64,000 bases of DNA from Octopus bimaculoides (Eukaryota), in NCBI RefSeq assembly GCF_001194135.2, contig NC_068983.1, positions 29,407,220-29,471,219 of the forward strand, written 5' to 3'. The position numbers and the translations under genes were made by a program. Positions 25,651-39,949 of this stretch are shown here, in pieces. The notes beneath the pieces are model-generated. The model searched no databases, was not told where the DNA came from, and saw only the letters and a program-made list of their open reading frames with translations. Position 1 is the first letter of the stretch. Every line of letters begins with the position of its first letter.

Positions 25651-28559
25651 CTGGAATCAAAATACTTGAACTTACGAAAAAACAAGCGAGAGTTACTAGC
25701 AGGAAAAGCATCTGACTTTAAAAATACTGCCTTAAAAGTACCTCCCCATATAATCCTTGATAGTATTGGAAAAAAAAACAGGCATTAAATGAAAGAACAA
25801 ACAAATACACACACAAGTGTGTGTGTGTACATGCATACATACATACATACACTTTGATCTAAGCCAAACAACTAAATGGCCACTTTTTCATGCTTGTATG
25901 GGTTAGAAAGATTTTACTGAGGAAGATTTCCTCAAGCCTGCTGCTCTTTCTGTCACCAACCCTAAACTGTTTCCAAGGTAATATTACCCTATGGCAAGGC
26001 ATATCTTCATAAAAGAATAGAGATTAATGACACTGCTTGCATGACAGTAAAGTTACCTTCTTGAGTCATGCCGACTCATAAGAAAGGCCAGCCACCCCAG
26101 TTTCATGGCATATAAATTCCCCACCTGGACAGGGACACTGGTGAGTGACAGGATCACTTATTTTTGCCAGCTGAGTGGACCAAAGCAATGTGAGTGTTTT
26201 GCTCAAGAATATAATGCATTGCCCAATCCAGCAATCAAAACCACAATCTCACGATGATGAGTCCAACACTCTAACCACTAAGCCATGCACCTCCAGCTTG
26301 CATGACAGTGACAATCATTTACAACAACTGCATGATGTCAAGACAAGGAGACAAACACACACCCCCACACACATATATAAATATACATGCATACACATGT
26401 ATATATTTCAGTTTCCCTCTATCAAATCCACTTACAATGCTTTAGTCATCTCAGGGCTAGAATAGAAAACACTTCCTCATGGTGCTACAAAGTAAGATCT
26501 AACCTGTAATCATGTGGCTAGAAAGCTAATTTTTTAACCAGACAGCCATTGTGTGTACCTCACACCTCACCTGCATGTACATATGTGTATATGTGTGTGC
26601 TAGTGCCATGTAAAAAACCATGCCAAAACAGACATAGCCAGTGCTGATGCCATGTGAAAAGCACTCAATCCACTTTGTAAAGAGGTTGGCATTAGGAAGA
26701 CCATCCAGCCGTAAAAACCATGCCAAGACAGTGGAGTTTGGTACAGTCCTCTGGTTTGCCAGCTCCTGTCAAAACTATCCAACCCATGCCAACATGGAAA
26801 GACAGTCGTTAAATGATGATCAAACGCATCATCACCTGAACATGCACAATTTGTTGTCAAAGCAAAGCACCAGCCAAAAGAATCCCCATCATAAACATGT
26901 AAGATCCTTTTCAAATGTCCAGACACATCCCCAACATCCTAGAACAATAATAAAACAGTAACTTCCCACTCAGTCCTAACAAACTTACACCAAGATAGAC
27001 GCATCAACAACAGCATCAAAAACACTGGGCCAAGATGCCCCCCATCTGAGACAGGTGCTGAAAGGAATTGTCATGACTTAACTAAGTCTGTTTTGCTCTC
27101 TTTTATTGCGACTATCACTAGATCCTCCTTCATAGAAGTATCTATATGGTTGCTAGACCTGCTAAAAATAGCAACCAACTATCTTCAAGTAACACCCCAC
27201 CATCTTAAAATATTAAGAAGAATACATGAAAGAATGCAGTTCTAGATATTAATTTATTTAAAGATAAGATGAGATGAACACTGCTGGACTGCCTCAGACT
27301 ATAGATTTGTTTGATCAGAACTGACTTGGAAGAAGTGACTTGGAGCAGAACACTGGAAGAAGTGCATGAGTGGAGTGCCACACCATTACACTTTTGGCTG
27401 TTATATGTGGTTGATATGAAAGGTTTGTAGAGACAATAAAAGAATTTACTTGTGTTCCTTAATCGCTTCACTGGCTTCAGATACAATATGTAAGTAAAAA
27501 AAATAAATAAAAGAAATGTGATGGTCAAAGCTGAAGAATTTCTCATCTTAAGTCTGCTTGATCAGGCTTGACATGGGATTGTGTAATAACTGTATATCTT
27601 AGACACCCCCAAAATATAAAATGGACCTTTTAGTGAAAAATGAAAGGATTACTTGTAATTCTTCAATATCATACGGTTATTTATCCGAGACTGAATTTGT
27701 GATGAAAAACAATATTATCTGTTTTAAATAGCAGTCATAATTATATGTATCACTGACAATTATATTATCAAATGAATGATTAAATTTGTTACAGTTTGCT
27801 TATCTTAGTAGATTTATAAAATGTGACCTACTTTTACCTGTATTAACCTAAATACATCTTGGTAAATAACAAATGACTGTTTAGTGTATAAAATATGTTA
27901 GATTAGTCAATCTACACATATGTGGTACAGGATGAATAGGGTTGGCTTTCAAAACTAGACTTCATAATGGCTGTGTTGGAAACGTGTTCTTTACCACTAA
28001 CTCATCTTAATTTTATCATCATCATCAAAACTATTTTATATCAGATTTTCCATGCTGGTATGGGTTGGACCATTTTCTGAGGTAATGTTTTATATAGTCT
28101 GGCCCTTCCTACTGCCAGCCCTAACAGTTGTGTCTTATAGTATCCAAGGATACAGTGTACATATCAAAAAGCTGGAACACACATGGTAACTCATTATCTC
28201 AATGGTTATACTGTTAAGCCTAAAACACTAAACTGTTGTAGCTTTTTCCCTTTTTTATTAGACTCACCCTGGTTAGCCCTTATCAAGCAAGCCTTTGATC
28301 AAAGGCTTTCCAGCCTTGACCACCAAGTCTTTTCTTTTCAAACAAAGTTTATCTAGAACTACATTATCCAATGTTTCCTTTTTTTAAAAGGTGGTAAGGT
28401 GTAACTTAGGGGTAGATTCGGCTCCATTTCTAGCACATAAAGATTACCCTCTCATTGATTAAACACACCTAGTTGTGTTTTCTCTGGGGGATTTTCTCCA
28501 ATAATGGAGAGGGAATAAGGTATGTGTGTGTGAGCAAGTACACATGCATGCAGGCACAT

Positions 28560-28779
28560 ACTCTTTACTCTTACTCTTTTACTTGTTTCAGTCATTTGAC
28601 TGCGGCCATGCTGGAGCACCGCCTTTAGTCGAGGAAATCGACCCCAGGACTTATTCTTTGTAAGCCTAGAACTTATTCTATCTGCCTCTTTTGCCGAACC
28701 GCTAATTTACGGGGACGTAAACACACCACCAATGGTGATGGGGACAAACACAGACACACAAACATATACACACAGGTAC

Positions 28780-28810
<31 letters not shown>

Positions 28811-28975
28811 TCCGATGGGCTTCTTTCAGTTTCCGTCTACCAAATCTACTCACAAGGCTTTGGTTGGCCCGAGGCTATAGTAGAAGACACTTGTCCAAGG
28901 TGCCATGCAGTGGGACTGGACCCAGAACCATGTGGTTGGTAAGCAAGCTACTTGCCACACAGCCACTCCTATGCC
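28560..28975 (-). mobile_element. Full-length young family A SINE
   Basis: tRNA-like head (tggctgtgtggcaag A box, gttctgggtccagtccc B box), CORE-like ccttggacaagtgtc, and (gagtaa)n-type tail. Most CpGs are retained. Confidence 0.9.
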
Positions 28976-30429
28976 ATGTTTAGGAAATTGAAGGAAGTGA
29001 TTTAAGAAAAAGTTTCAGTGGGTATAAATATTGAGAACCATTGAATAACAGGGTGTGTAACAGGGTAGGTAACAGCTGTGTAATGTAATATACACTGAAA
29101 TAAATGTATTTATGGTTGAGTTGCTTGAACATCAGGTCACAGATCTAACACAGTTGAAGCCTTTGTGCTTTGTCCATTAACAATACATATTAAATTACTG
29201 ACTTTAACTAGCTGAAAAACAACTATTGTTGTTGCTGCTGCTTAGCTCCACACCAGCCCTAATAGAAGAGGCCTACGAACAAAGGTAGTCCAGTTGTGAC
29301 CATCCATTTTTGTTTTTATTGTCTGAACGGTGAATTGGTAGAGTTTTTGGAGCATTAGATGAAACGCCTTTTTTTCCAGGTTCTTGTACCGAGTCCAAAT
29401 CGCACTGAGGATGACAACCTTTTAACCGTCTGGGGTTGATAAACAAAGTAGCTGTCTAGAGCAGTGGACAGTGGAATCATTAGAGCACTTTTTCAGCATT
29501 TGCTCTGGCTCTTAACATTTTGAGTTCAAATCCTAATGTGGTTCTCTTCTGTGGAAAACTTTGTTGCCTGGTTTAAAACCGCAATCAGATTCTCAGATAT
29601 CTTTAGCAGAAGAAGTCACTCTCCTGTAACCATTTAGACTAATTTTCCAGTTTGCGGCTGCCTTCCCACCTACCTCCCACGAGCCTTAGAGGTCCTGTAC
29701 AAGGTCATGTGAACTGCCCTTTCATACTCCATGATAAAAAAAAATCCATCTAGGACTACAGAATCCAATGTATTATCTTGAGATGAAATGGTCAAATGAA
29801 AGTAATACTTTCTGAAGGACAAACAAGGGACCCTCAACATAACTATTCAACCTGCTATAAATAACAGCCAAATCTAACCTCCAACCATACCTTACCATTG
29901 ATTACCTGTAGAGCTCAGATTTTGTAACTGAGTTGTTGGAGCATTAATGAAACACCTTGGACTGTTTATTCTAGGTTCTTTCACAAAATGGCACCCAAAG
30001 AAGCCTCATATTTACATCAGTAGTTTATTATCCATGTTTTTCTACGTTTCCTTTAATGCTAGGACACCAGGACCAATTGATCAGCCCAAGTGATACAAGC
30101 TGAAAGGACTTTGAGGTTGATCCATTGTGAATGGTTGGTTTTGAAGTGTAATAGCCAATCAGAGATCATCTTTCAGTAGATGTATTTCCTGTTGTCACAG
30201 AAACATTTATGCCTATTATTTTATTTATATTTACAAGTATTGTGTTGTTTTAAGCTTTCATAATATATATTTTGTTGTTTCTGGGAAGAGTCATTCTCTT
30301 TTAGTGCCTTATTCTTTAACACACTCACCAGTAAACTTTCCACTCATTTAATTATTTATTTTTCCAAAAATTTTCATTGCGTCTTGCAACCTTTTCAATA
30401 GTTGTTAACTCTGTCCATTATACGAGCCG

Positions 30430-30895
30430 CATTCTTTTTGTTTGCTTGTGCGCATGTGTGTGTGTGTGTGTGCACATACACATGCATGTATGTATGTGTG
30501 TGTGCATATGTATATATGTATGTACGTTTGTATATATGTGTTCTGCACATTCATGTGTTTGCATGTGTGTGTGTACCTCTGTTGCCTTGTATGTGCATGT
30601 CTGAGTGTGTCGGTGTATGGGTTTTTGCGACTATGTACTGTGTCTGTATGTATGGATGTGTGTCTCCATATGTGTCCTTGAGTGAAGTGGTGTGTATATA
30701 TGGTCATGTGTTTCAGTCTTCATTTGCATATGTGTGTGTGCTTGTCTTCATATTACCTATGTACCTATCCGTCTGTATGTCTATCGGTTTACATTCATAT
30801 CCATTTACCTACATACATGTGCATATACATATACATAAATACACACACACACACATCTACATAACAGCCCACTAACTATTCTACCTGTATATAAA
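30430..30895. repeat. Long degenerate (TG)/(TA)/(CA) low-complexity tract
   Basis: Direct inspection. It explains the V/C/M/Y-rich spurious ORFs at 30377-30875. Confidence 0.85.
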
Positions 30896-31634
30896 TATAA
30901 TCTGTGGGCATGATTACCTACGTATATTTCCTATTTAGTACTAGGGATGTTTCATTTGTGAGGACGTATTCCTGTATTTGTCTGAGTGTTGAGTCCTCTG
31001 GGTATTTGAATAAAATGCAGATGTCAAGTTGACCCAGGTTGCCTCCATGTTGGTAGATAAGATTACTATACAACTAGGTTTGTATCATAAAACCAAGGGT
31101 GGCTTTGGGCAGGTTGGTATCAAAAGGGTTAATCAGGTTGAAATTTCTGTACCTACAGTTCTATTTTTTTCTTCAAAGCCACTGGTAATGTTAGAAAAAA
31201 AATAGTAAACAGGAAAAAGTATGTACATGGCCACTATTTGTGATAGCAATTTCTCAATGGGTTGCCTTCAACTAAGATAAAGGTTCAAAAGTTGATGAGA
31301 AAAGGAAGTGAATTTTAAATGTTGTTGTTCAGACACAGATCAACTGGGAGAGAGAAGCATTTGAGCTATGACCATCCCAAACACTATGGCAGTAACAGAA
31401 TTTTTAAAGAAAAAAATATTTTAGAATTGAGTGGGGATAAATACCTTTGAATTGTATTTACAAGAGATGTAATTTTGGTCATCTATAAAGCATGTTGTTT
31501 GTTTAGACACAGGTCAGTTGAGATAGAACAGCATTCCTGTGAATGAAAGGCATTCAAACTTTTGACCATCCCAAATATTTCAGGTGTCAGCCAATCTGGA
31601 CATCCCATGTTTGTTTTTCATTTTTAACTTAATT

Positions 31635-31927
31635 ACTCTTTTACTTGTTTCAGTCTTTTGACTGTGGCCATGTTGGAGCACCGCCTTTAGTCGAGCAAAT
31701 CGACCCCAGGACTTATTCTTTAGAAGCCTAGTACTTATTCTATCGGTCTCTTTTGCTGAACCGCTAAGTTACGGGGACATAAACACACTAGCATCGGTTG
31801 TCAAGCGATGTTGGGGGGACAAACACAGACACACAAACACATACACACATACATATATACGACGGGCTTCTTTCAGTTTCTGTCTACCAAATCCACTCAC
31901 AAGGCTTTGGTCAGCCCGAGGCTATAN
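31635..31927 (-). mobile_element. Young family A SINE truncated by a gap
   Basis: Highly similar to 28560-28880. Confidence 0.9.
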
Positions 31928-32610
31928 NNNNNNNNNNNNNNNNNNNNNNNNNNNNNNNNNNNNNNNNNNNNNNNNNNNNNNNNNNNNNNNNNNNNNNNNN
32001 NNNNNNNNNNNNNNNNNNNNNNNNNNNNNNNNNNNNNNNNNNNNNNNNNNNNNNNNNNNNNNNNNNNNNNNNNNNNNNNNNNNNNNNNNNNNNNNNNNNN
32101 NNNNNNNNNNNNNNNNNNNNNNNNNNNNNNNNNNNNNNNNNNNNNNNNNNNNNNNNNNNNNNNNNNNNNNNNNNNNNNNNNNNNNNNNNNNNNNNNNNNN
32201 NNNNNNNNNNNNNNNNNNNNNNNNNNNNNNNNNNNNNNNNNNNNNNNNNNNNNNNNNNNNNNNNNNNNNNNNNNNNNNNNNNNNNNNNNNNNNNNNNNNN
32301 NNNNNNNNNNNNNNNNNNNNNNNNNNNNNNNNNNNNNNNNNNNNNNNNNNNNNNNNNNNNNNNNNNNNNNNNNNNNNNNNNNNNNNNNNNNNNNNNNNNN
32401 NNNNNNNNNNNNNNNNNNNNNNNNNNNNNNNNNNNNNNNNNNNNNNNNNNNNNNNNNNNNNNNNNNNNNNNNNNNNNNNNNNNNNNNNNNNNNNNNNNNN
32501 NNNNNNNNNNNNNNNNNNNNNNNNNNNNNNNNNNNNNNNNNNNNNNNNNNNNNNNNNNNNNNNNNCAGAATAACAGAATTAAAATTTCTTTGATTAAAAC
32601 CCTTTCTAAC

Positions 32611-33780
32611 ATGGAAGTATCCAAAGAGCATTTGAGGCACATAATGCTTTACGAGTACAAATAAGGAAACTCTGCAGCCGAAGCGATTCGAAACATACAC
32701 TCAGTTTATGGGAAAGAACGCTTGAATGAAAGAACTTGCAGAAGATGGCTTGCAAAATTCAGAAGTGGAGATTTCAGCCTTGAAGGTGAAGATCGAACAG
32801 GACATCCAGTTGAGTTTGATGATAAGCTCCTTGAGGCATTACTTGAAGAAAATTTTGCATTATCAGTTGAAGAATTGGCAATAAAGCTAAGTTCAAACTA
32901 TACAACTGTTCACTGTTCATCGTCATCTTCAACAACTGGGAAAGGTTCTTAATCTTGGAAAATGGGTGCCTCATGAACTGTCCGAAAGCAACCGCAAATC
33001 CCGAGTTGACACCTGCTTTTCTCTCCATTCTCGTGAACTCATTTCACCCTTTTTGGATAGACTTGTGACTGGTGATGAAAAATGGATCTTCTATCGAAAT
33101 GTTAAACATTGTAAACAGTGGCTTGGTAAAAGGGAAAAGGCTCAACCACAACTGAGTAGGGAACNNNNNNNNNNNNNNNNNNNNNNNNNNNNNNNNNNNN
33201 NNNNNNNNNNNNNNNNNNNNNNNNNNNNNNNNNNNNNNNNNNNNNNNNNNNNNNNNNNNNNNNNNNNNNNNNNNNNNNNNNNNNNNNNNNNNNNNNNNNN
33301 NNNNNNNNNNNNNNNNNNNNNNNNNNNNNNNNNNNNNNNNNNNNNNNNNNNNNNNNNNNNNNNNNNNNNNNNNNNNNNNNNNNNNNNNNNNNNNNNNNNN
33401 NNNNNNNNNNNNNNNNNNNNNNNNNNNNNNNNNNNNNNNNNNNNNNNNNNNNNNNNNNNNNNNNNNNNNNNNNNNNNNGGACAATGCGCAACCCCACACT
33501 GCAAAGATCACATCACAGAAGATTGAAGAGCTTGGTTGGGAAAAAATTCCTCATCCACCTTATTCTCCCGACCTTGCTCCTTCAGACTACCATTTATTTG
33601 TTTCATAGTTTACAGAATCATTTGGGGGACATAACTTTCGCAAGCCAGGAAGAGGTTGAAACTGACATTTCAGACTTCTTTGCTTTGAAACCAAAAGAGT
33701 TTTACATTGATGGAATTAAAAAGCTTGTAAATAGATGGAAGGAAGTCATAGATAATCAGGGAAAGTACATTGATGATTAA
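32611..33780 (+). pseudogene. Mariner (DD34D) transposase, disrupted
   Basis: Contains MEVSKEHLRHIMLYEYK*GNSAAEA..., WVPHEL, TGDEKW, DNAQPH and YSPDLAPSD, with 34 residues between the second and third D. There is one in-frame stop (32662) and frameshifts near 32920 and 33600. The gap at 33165-33478 lies inside it. Confidence 0.95.
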
Positions 33781-34579
33781 ATTTCAATTAAATATAACAT
33801 TTGATCACTTGTTTTCTTTATTCAAGGGTTAAAAAGACCGAGAGATTTAAGATGTTGGACAATGTTATTAATGGCTGTGTACATGTTTTTGTGATATTTG
33901 AAGTGAATGCAGAATGACAGTTGGCAGGGCCAGAAGAGTTGCCCTTTTTGGGGACTGGACACACTATAGCATGCTTGTAAAGAGTAGTATAAATTCATGG
34001 AGAGATGAAGAGATGAAGGAGGGGAGAAAGAGAGAGAGAGGGGAAGACAGGGGCTAACTCTAGGGTACATAGTTTGAGGATAATGGAAGGGATGCTGTCA
34101 GAATCCATGTCCCAGTTGGTTTCAAGCAATCAGGAGTGCTTTTGCATTCATTCTATAAGTGGTGATAAGCCTGGTAGAGTGGAAAGGCACAGTTTTGGAG
34201 TTTGTCTACCTGACATGTACAGTGCTGAGCTGAATGCAAAGTGGGTAGGAAATGTAGAGAAGAGGAAAAGGCTTCCTCAAAGTAAGGAGAGGTATTCTGG
34301 AAAGGGACCAATAATATTGACTGCTGTTGGGAGAGTGGATTGTGTGATGCACAGGGGCATAACTTGTGGTTCAGATGATGGTCTTGTGGTGCCAGGTGGT
34401 TTATCCCACTCCTGTAGGCAGTTTTCTTTGCATGATGGCTGCTAGTGAACCACTGGCTGTGTGTGAGATGTGAAGAGACATGATTAAACAGATAGTTTCA
34501 ATTACCCACCAAGCTGTTTCTGATAAGTTAGGGATAAAGCACTTCATGAAAAGGATAACATAGAAATGGCAGAGCTGAT

Positions 34580-34830
34580 CTGAAGAGCTGTAAAGTCCAA
34601 GAGATGAATGGGTAGCTGAAATAATGTAGTGGTTGGATAATCCAAATGGTGCAAATTTGGTGACAGTTAGGTAGAAGTTAGTTTTGGAGGTGAGAAAGAG
34701 ATCAATGGTATTTGGAAAATTTGAATGTTCCCTGGAAATGCACAAAGGGGATAAAATTAGTTGGTGCAGAGAGTTCAGGATAGTAAAAAATGTTGGTTTC
34801 TGAGGGAGAGCCAAGAAATGTGGTGAACTT
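34580..34830 (-). mobile_element. Decayed CR1/Jockey-type LINE endonuclease fragment
   Basis: FFTILNSLHQLILSPLCI...PNTIDLFLTS...APFGLSNHYIISA resembles the AP-endonuclease C-terminus (LxQLVxxPTR...LDLFLTS...PLGxSDH). Confidence 0.65.
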
Positions 34831-36197
34831 GGAATTACCACAGATGACGATTTCAAGGACATAGTAAAGTAAAATAGATGACAAAGGAAGAGATTTGGTT
34901 GAAGAATTCTATAACTCTGTTCTTTCACCTTTCTTGTTGAAGAAAAGAAGGGTTGATTTGACTTTTCCTGGCCCTTTTTTCTCCACAAAATGTTTGATAC
35001 TATGTTTTCGGTTTTGGGGAAAGAAAGTAAAATCTAAATACCAAGAGAGGAAGCAACTTATTAGCAGCCACTAAGACTTAATGAAAATCAAACCACTGAA
35101 AGACATTTCACATAGTCACTCAACCATAAAGAAACAAGGCCAACCTGGAGCCAAGCAGCAGAAGCAACATCTAATCAAATAGTTTATAGTATTAAGATCA
35201 ATATTCAGTCAAAGCTATCTTAAGTCTTTAATAAAAAAAATAAATAAAAGAAAAAGTAAAAGTTTAAAAAATTCCTGGCATTGCTCCAGCATGGCTAGAG
35301 TGCATTGAAACTTACTAAAAGAGTTCTTTGCAGTAGCCCAACAAGAAAAACAATTTAATTATTCTACAGTAAGAAATGATTAATTCAACAGCAACCCTTA
35401 TCAAATGGTTCTTAATAAAGCCATTTTGCCTTGAACTAAAACTCAAGCACAATTTAGCTGCTTTTATTTATTTTTTTATTTATCAATTCTCATTTAACTT
35501 TGGAATGTTATTTATGTGTTCATATAAAAAGTCTTTGCTTTTACTATTACACAAGTTTTTTTTTTTGGTTTTAATTTGTTGCTAAACACATCACAGAAGG
35601 TCAACAGCTAGAAACAAGTCTCCTGCATAATCTAATATACAAAAAAAAAAAAAAAGAGAGAGAGAGAGAGAATAAAAATTCAACCACGGACAACAGCTTC
35701 TCATCAAGAATAGAATTGTCTTCATTATTCCAGACAGTAAAGTAAAGCTATATTCACTTCCTTTATCTCTATGATTTTATAACATATCTAATCTTAGCTT
35801 ATTTTGCTTCGCTTTCCATGCAAGTTTAACAGCTCAACAAACTGCTAATATAACACACTAGTTCATTTATAACTATCTATCTAACAATCACACTTGTTAG
35901 CCTGCTTTCTTCCCCTCTTCCACCACTCTCTCTAGCCATTACTGATCATCTGCTGAGATTTCCACTCATTGAAAACTTGGAAAAATCAAATATAAGCAAT
36001 GAAGGATTAATAATAAAAAACTGTTTCGAAAGTACCTCCTTCCATTCCAAAATGGTTGTTTTGGAGTTGTTCTTGGAACAGTCATTGTGAAATTTATGAT
36101 AGCAAAACAGTTAAACAAGGCATACAATATCAATTCTGTTACCTCATAGAAATTTGCTTGTGTGCGAATTTTGTTTTTCTTTGCAAACTCCCTTTAA

Positions 36198-36586
36198 CCC
36201 TTTAGTATTTAAACCACCCATATCTGGCTCGAATATTCTGTTTTATGTTCAATCCAGCCAGATCTTGCCTCTCACACCTATCTTACTGTGTCATTCTAAA
36301 AAATAAAGTCATATCATCAAAATGTTGAAACTATGAGATAATGCATGATTAATTCAAAAAAATATGATGGTGGCATGTAAAGAGCACCCAGCACACTCTT
36401 AAGTGGTTGGCTTCCAGAAGGGCATCTAGCCATAGAAACCATGCCACAACAGACAGTTGGAGTTCAGACAGCTCCCTGCTAGCCAGCTCCATGTCAAACT
36501 GTCCAACCCATGCCAGCATGGAGAGTGGACATTAAATGATGATGATGAAACATTATATTTTACAGAGTAACCTAAATGTTAAAAGG
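36198..36586. mobile_element. piggyBac-type MITE with a family B SINE inserted (about 36365-36548)
   Basis: TTAA flanks at 36194 and 36587. Homologous to 2741-2945. Confidence 0.75.
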
Positions 36587-36802
36587 TTAATATAATCATG
36601 ATAATGACCATCATCATTTTAAACATCTACCTTTTCATGGTTCATTGGATCAAATGAGACTAGGTTGGTGCAGTTTTCTACAGTCAGATGTTCTTCCTGT
36701 CACCAACTCTTACCTGTTTCCAAGCAAGGTAATAATCCTCCAGTCTACTGGAAAATGAACACTCAGGACATAGTTATGCAGAAAACTGGAAACAAACTTC
36801 AC

Positions 36803-37080
36803 CAGGGGTTTTCAAACTGTGGTCCGCAAGGACAAAACAGGGGGTCCGTGGACAGCAAATACTTTTTATGGGCAATTTGATTTTATATATGTTTTTTAAT
36901 TGAAATCTTTTAATTGACAATAAACCTATCTGTTAAATACTGTTAAATAAAAAAACTGTAAAAATATGTTATTTTAAGCAAATATTTATGTATAAATTTC
37001 ATAAGCATTTATAAGGGGGTCCCTAAGGTAAAACCTGAAATATAAAGGGGTCTGCAAGTCAAAAAGTTTGAAAACCCCTG
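36803..37080. mobile_element. hAT (Buster/Charlie-type) MITE
   Basis: TIR CAGGGGTTTTCAAACT / AGTTTGAAAACCCCTG, with an 8-bp TSD aacttcac / aactacac (7/8 match). Confidence 0.9.
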
Positions 37081-39589
37081 AACTACACCATTTGTATAAA
37101 CAGTGATGCTACTGTTTACAGTTAGCAAACACACATGAAGAGAAATACAAACTCATTCACACACAGATACAGACAATAAGCTTATCCATTTTCTGTTAAG
37201 CAATTCCACTCACAAAGAACTGGTCAACATGAGGCTATAGTATAAAATGTCAGCTGACAATGTCCACATACAGAGACTGAACCCATAACAACCTAGTCAG
37301 TCTCTTTTACCAAACTGCTAAGTTACTAGAATGTGCACATTTTTTCCTTTGTGCACCAGTTGTGAAATGTGCATTCACACAAAGTGTGCAGTTTAACAGG
37401 AACATTGGTCCTTACCACCACTATCATCATCGTCTATTTCATAACCATTTTTTCTTCTTCTATGGATTAAACAGGTCTATATAGCCTTTTCCCTAGATTT
37501 GTCAATCACTTCATTCTATCTATAAAAATTAAAAAACCCTTCAGCTTTCTAAGTTTATGAAGAATTAATCTATGTCCAATTATTGGTTCTTTGTTCTACC
37601 TCTCTCTCTCTCTAACACTTCCCCACTACCAATTCATGACAGCACTATTAAAACCAGCATGGATTATCATCCCTCAAGACGGTTGTTCTTGATGTACTAA
37701 AAATGCTAGAAATAACAGCCAAATCTTCTTCAAAAACCATATACTAGTCTTAAAAAAAGAAAGTATGCATTAGATCAGTGTTTAATGCATCCTTCCTGGA
37801 ATGAAGAAGACTGAGGATTAAAAAGGAACAGAAAAAAAATCTTATTAAATTTATCCAATATTATGGCAAAGAAAGCAGAATTATGTGAATGCAAGTTCTA
37901 CTTTGTTTTCTCAGTTTCACAAGACTTTGGTCAGCCCAGACCTTAGCAGAAGACTCTTCCTTTAAGAGCATTGCAACGAAACTGAACATGAAACCATGCA
38001 GTCGAGAAGTGAATTTCTTAACCACATAGCAATGCCTGTACCTTATATATTTTACTAAATAGACCAGTCAATATATTTTAAACCAGTTTCTGTTAAGTTC
38101 TTTATTCATAAACCAGTGTGTCACTTATCACACATCTGATAGATATTATAACATATAATCTACTGTTTGAAACCAAGGAAAATCTTGGTTTGTGTACCCA
38201 TTAATCAAATGTTGGTTTGTGCTATCTATCATTGGCTCAACTTTTCACATTAATTAGCAACTCTAATTAACAGGTCAATTATATCTAAGTCTCTATGTAG
38301 TCTACAGCAAAATAGAAGAATCCAAGGAAACTAGAGATGGTCAGTGTCAACAAATACTAAATATTAAAAAAAAAAGTCCAGTAAGTGAAATAAATTGTTT
38401 TGCCATGAGGAAAAGAGCAGTTTAATAGTTCACAGTTAATTCTCTAACTCTTTAATGTTTGTTAGGTACGCATAAGACTGATGAATTTAAATCATGGATT
38501 GTCAGACTATGTTAGCTTCTCAATATTTTTTTCATATTTATCCAATAGCAGAAGCATGTTTGATGGTGGTAAGTAGCAATCCCTTTTGTTATATTGAAAT
38601 AAGACCATGTTTCTGAAATCTTTGGGGCCCAGTGCTAATTCCCTATCCAAATTTTTTGTACACCTTGCCCCAAACAATTTTGTTTTGCTTCAGTCAACAA
38701 AAGTTGAACATCCCTACAATCACAGGCATTCCAGCTGTGTGTCTGAGAGCATTTATTCTATGTATCAATGTGTTTCAACTTTTTTTTTACAAGGTTGAGC
38801 AAACAATGTAGAAGTAGCTCACAGCTCAAAATAGTATGAAAATGAGTATTTGTTACTGGAAACTTTCTTGCAACCTAACACAGTTCTTAGGGTTCATTTA
38901 AAAAAAATTTTTGATACATACCCGATGGATTAAAAGTGTGTGTGTGAGAGAGAGGTTGTTGTAGTCACTGGACTTGCTAGTAAAACAAATTCCTTTAAAT
39001 CATGTCTTGTCTTAAAAATAAACAATGGACAATGAAAAACTTAATGATGGTCAGAGTTGGGATGTCATATCTGCTCAATCAGAATTCTCATCAGACTAAA
39101 TTATTGTAAATTTTCCTTTGTCTTTATTGTAATTTATATCAGTTTATTTATTTGTACATGAGGAGGAAAAAAACCCAGTTCATTACTATCATCATTAAAA
39201 ATCTCTCCTTGCAAGAGCAGTCTTCTGTCCTCAGTGAGCTTCTGTCTATCATCCAATTTATTGTTAACATATACAACAAACAACTCTGAATTCCTTTCTA
39301 AGTGCTAACCAAGCACAATGTCACTTAACTTCAACTATCATATGAAAACTGGTGTTTTTAGTGTAATTACTGTGAATAGTCTCTATTCAAGGTAATTTTT
39401 CATTGCTGTGCCATTCAGAAAGTCCTGCAGTTTGCAATTTACCCATGACTACTGTATATGATCATTCAACTACCTAGAAATATGCAGCCAAATCTCCCTT
39501 ATATCACTGAAAGAGCACAATGAGTAGTGCAGTACTTGAGACAACATTACTGATTAAAAAGTCAGGATGGTTATGGCCGGAATGCCTTT

Positions 39590-39850
39590 ATCATGTCTGC
39601 TCAACCAGAGCTCCAGACTGGATCTTAACAACAACAATCTGCTTAGATTGTGTTATGCACCAGACACACATTGATGTTGGACTGCTTTTGGAAGTATGCC
39701 AACACACTTCAAAACTTGACATATGCAAACAACCTAGACCTCCTTGCAGGTGAACAATGATTGACATGTAAAGACTGTTTAATCAACTTTTAACTATGTG
39801 CTGGACTGACTAGACTTCACATCAACACTACAAAAACAATGTTTTGGTGT
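39590..39850 (+). mobile_element. Decayed RTE-type reverse transcriptase fragment
   Basis: LTYANNLDLLA (YADD region) and GLTRLHINTTKTM (GLxINxxKTK motif) occur in shifting frames. Confidence 0.5.
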
Positions 39851-39949
39851 TTCAATATGGACATATGAGTGCTGCTGTGAGGTTGGTGACAGTCTCCTCA
39901 AAGTAGTGGCCAGCTCTGTTTACTTCTTTTTTTTTTTTTTTTTTTTGTA

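Noticed and set aside
28900-28975. tRNA genes suggested by A/B boxes
   Set aside because: These are SINE heads. They lack a full cloverleaf and continue into SINE bodies.
30377-30875. Cluster of 60-157-aa ORFs
   Set aside because: They are translations of degenerate dinucleotide repeats.
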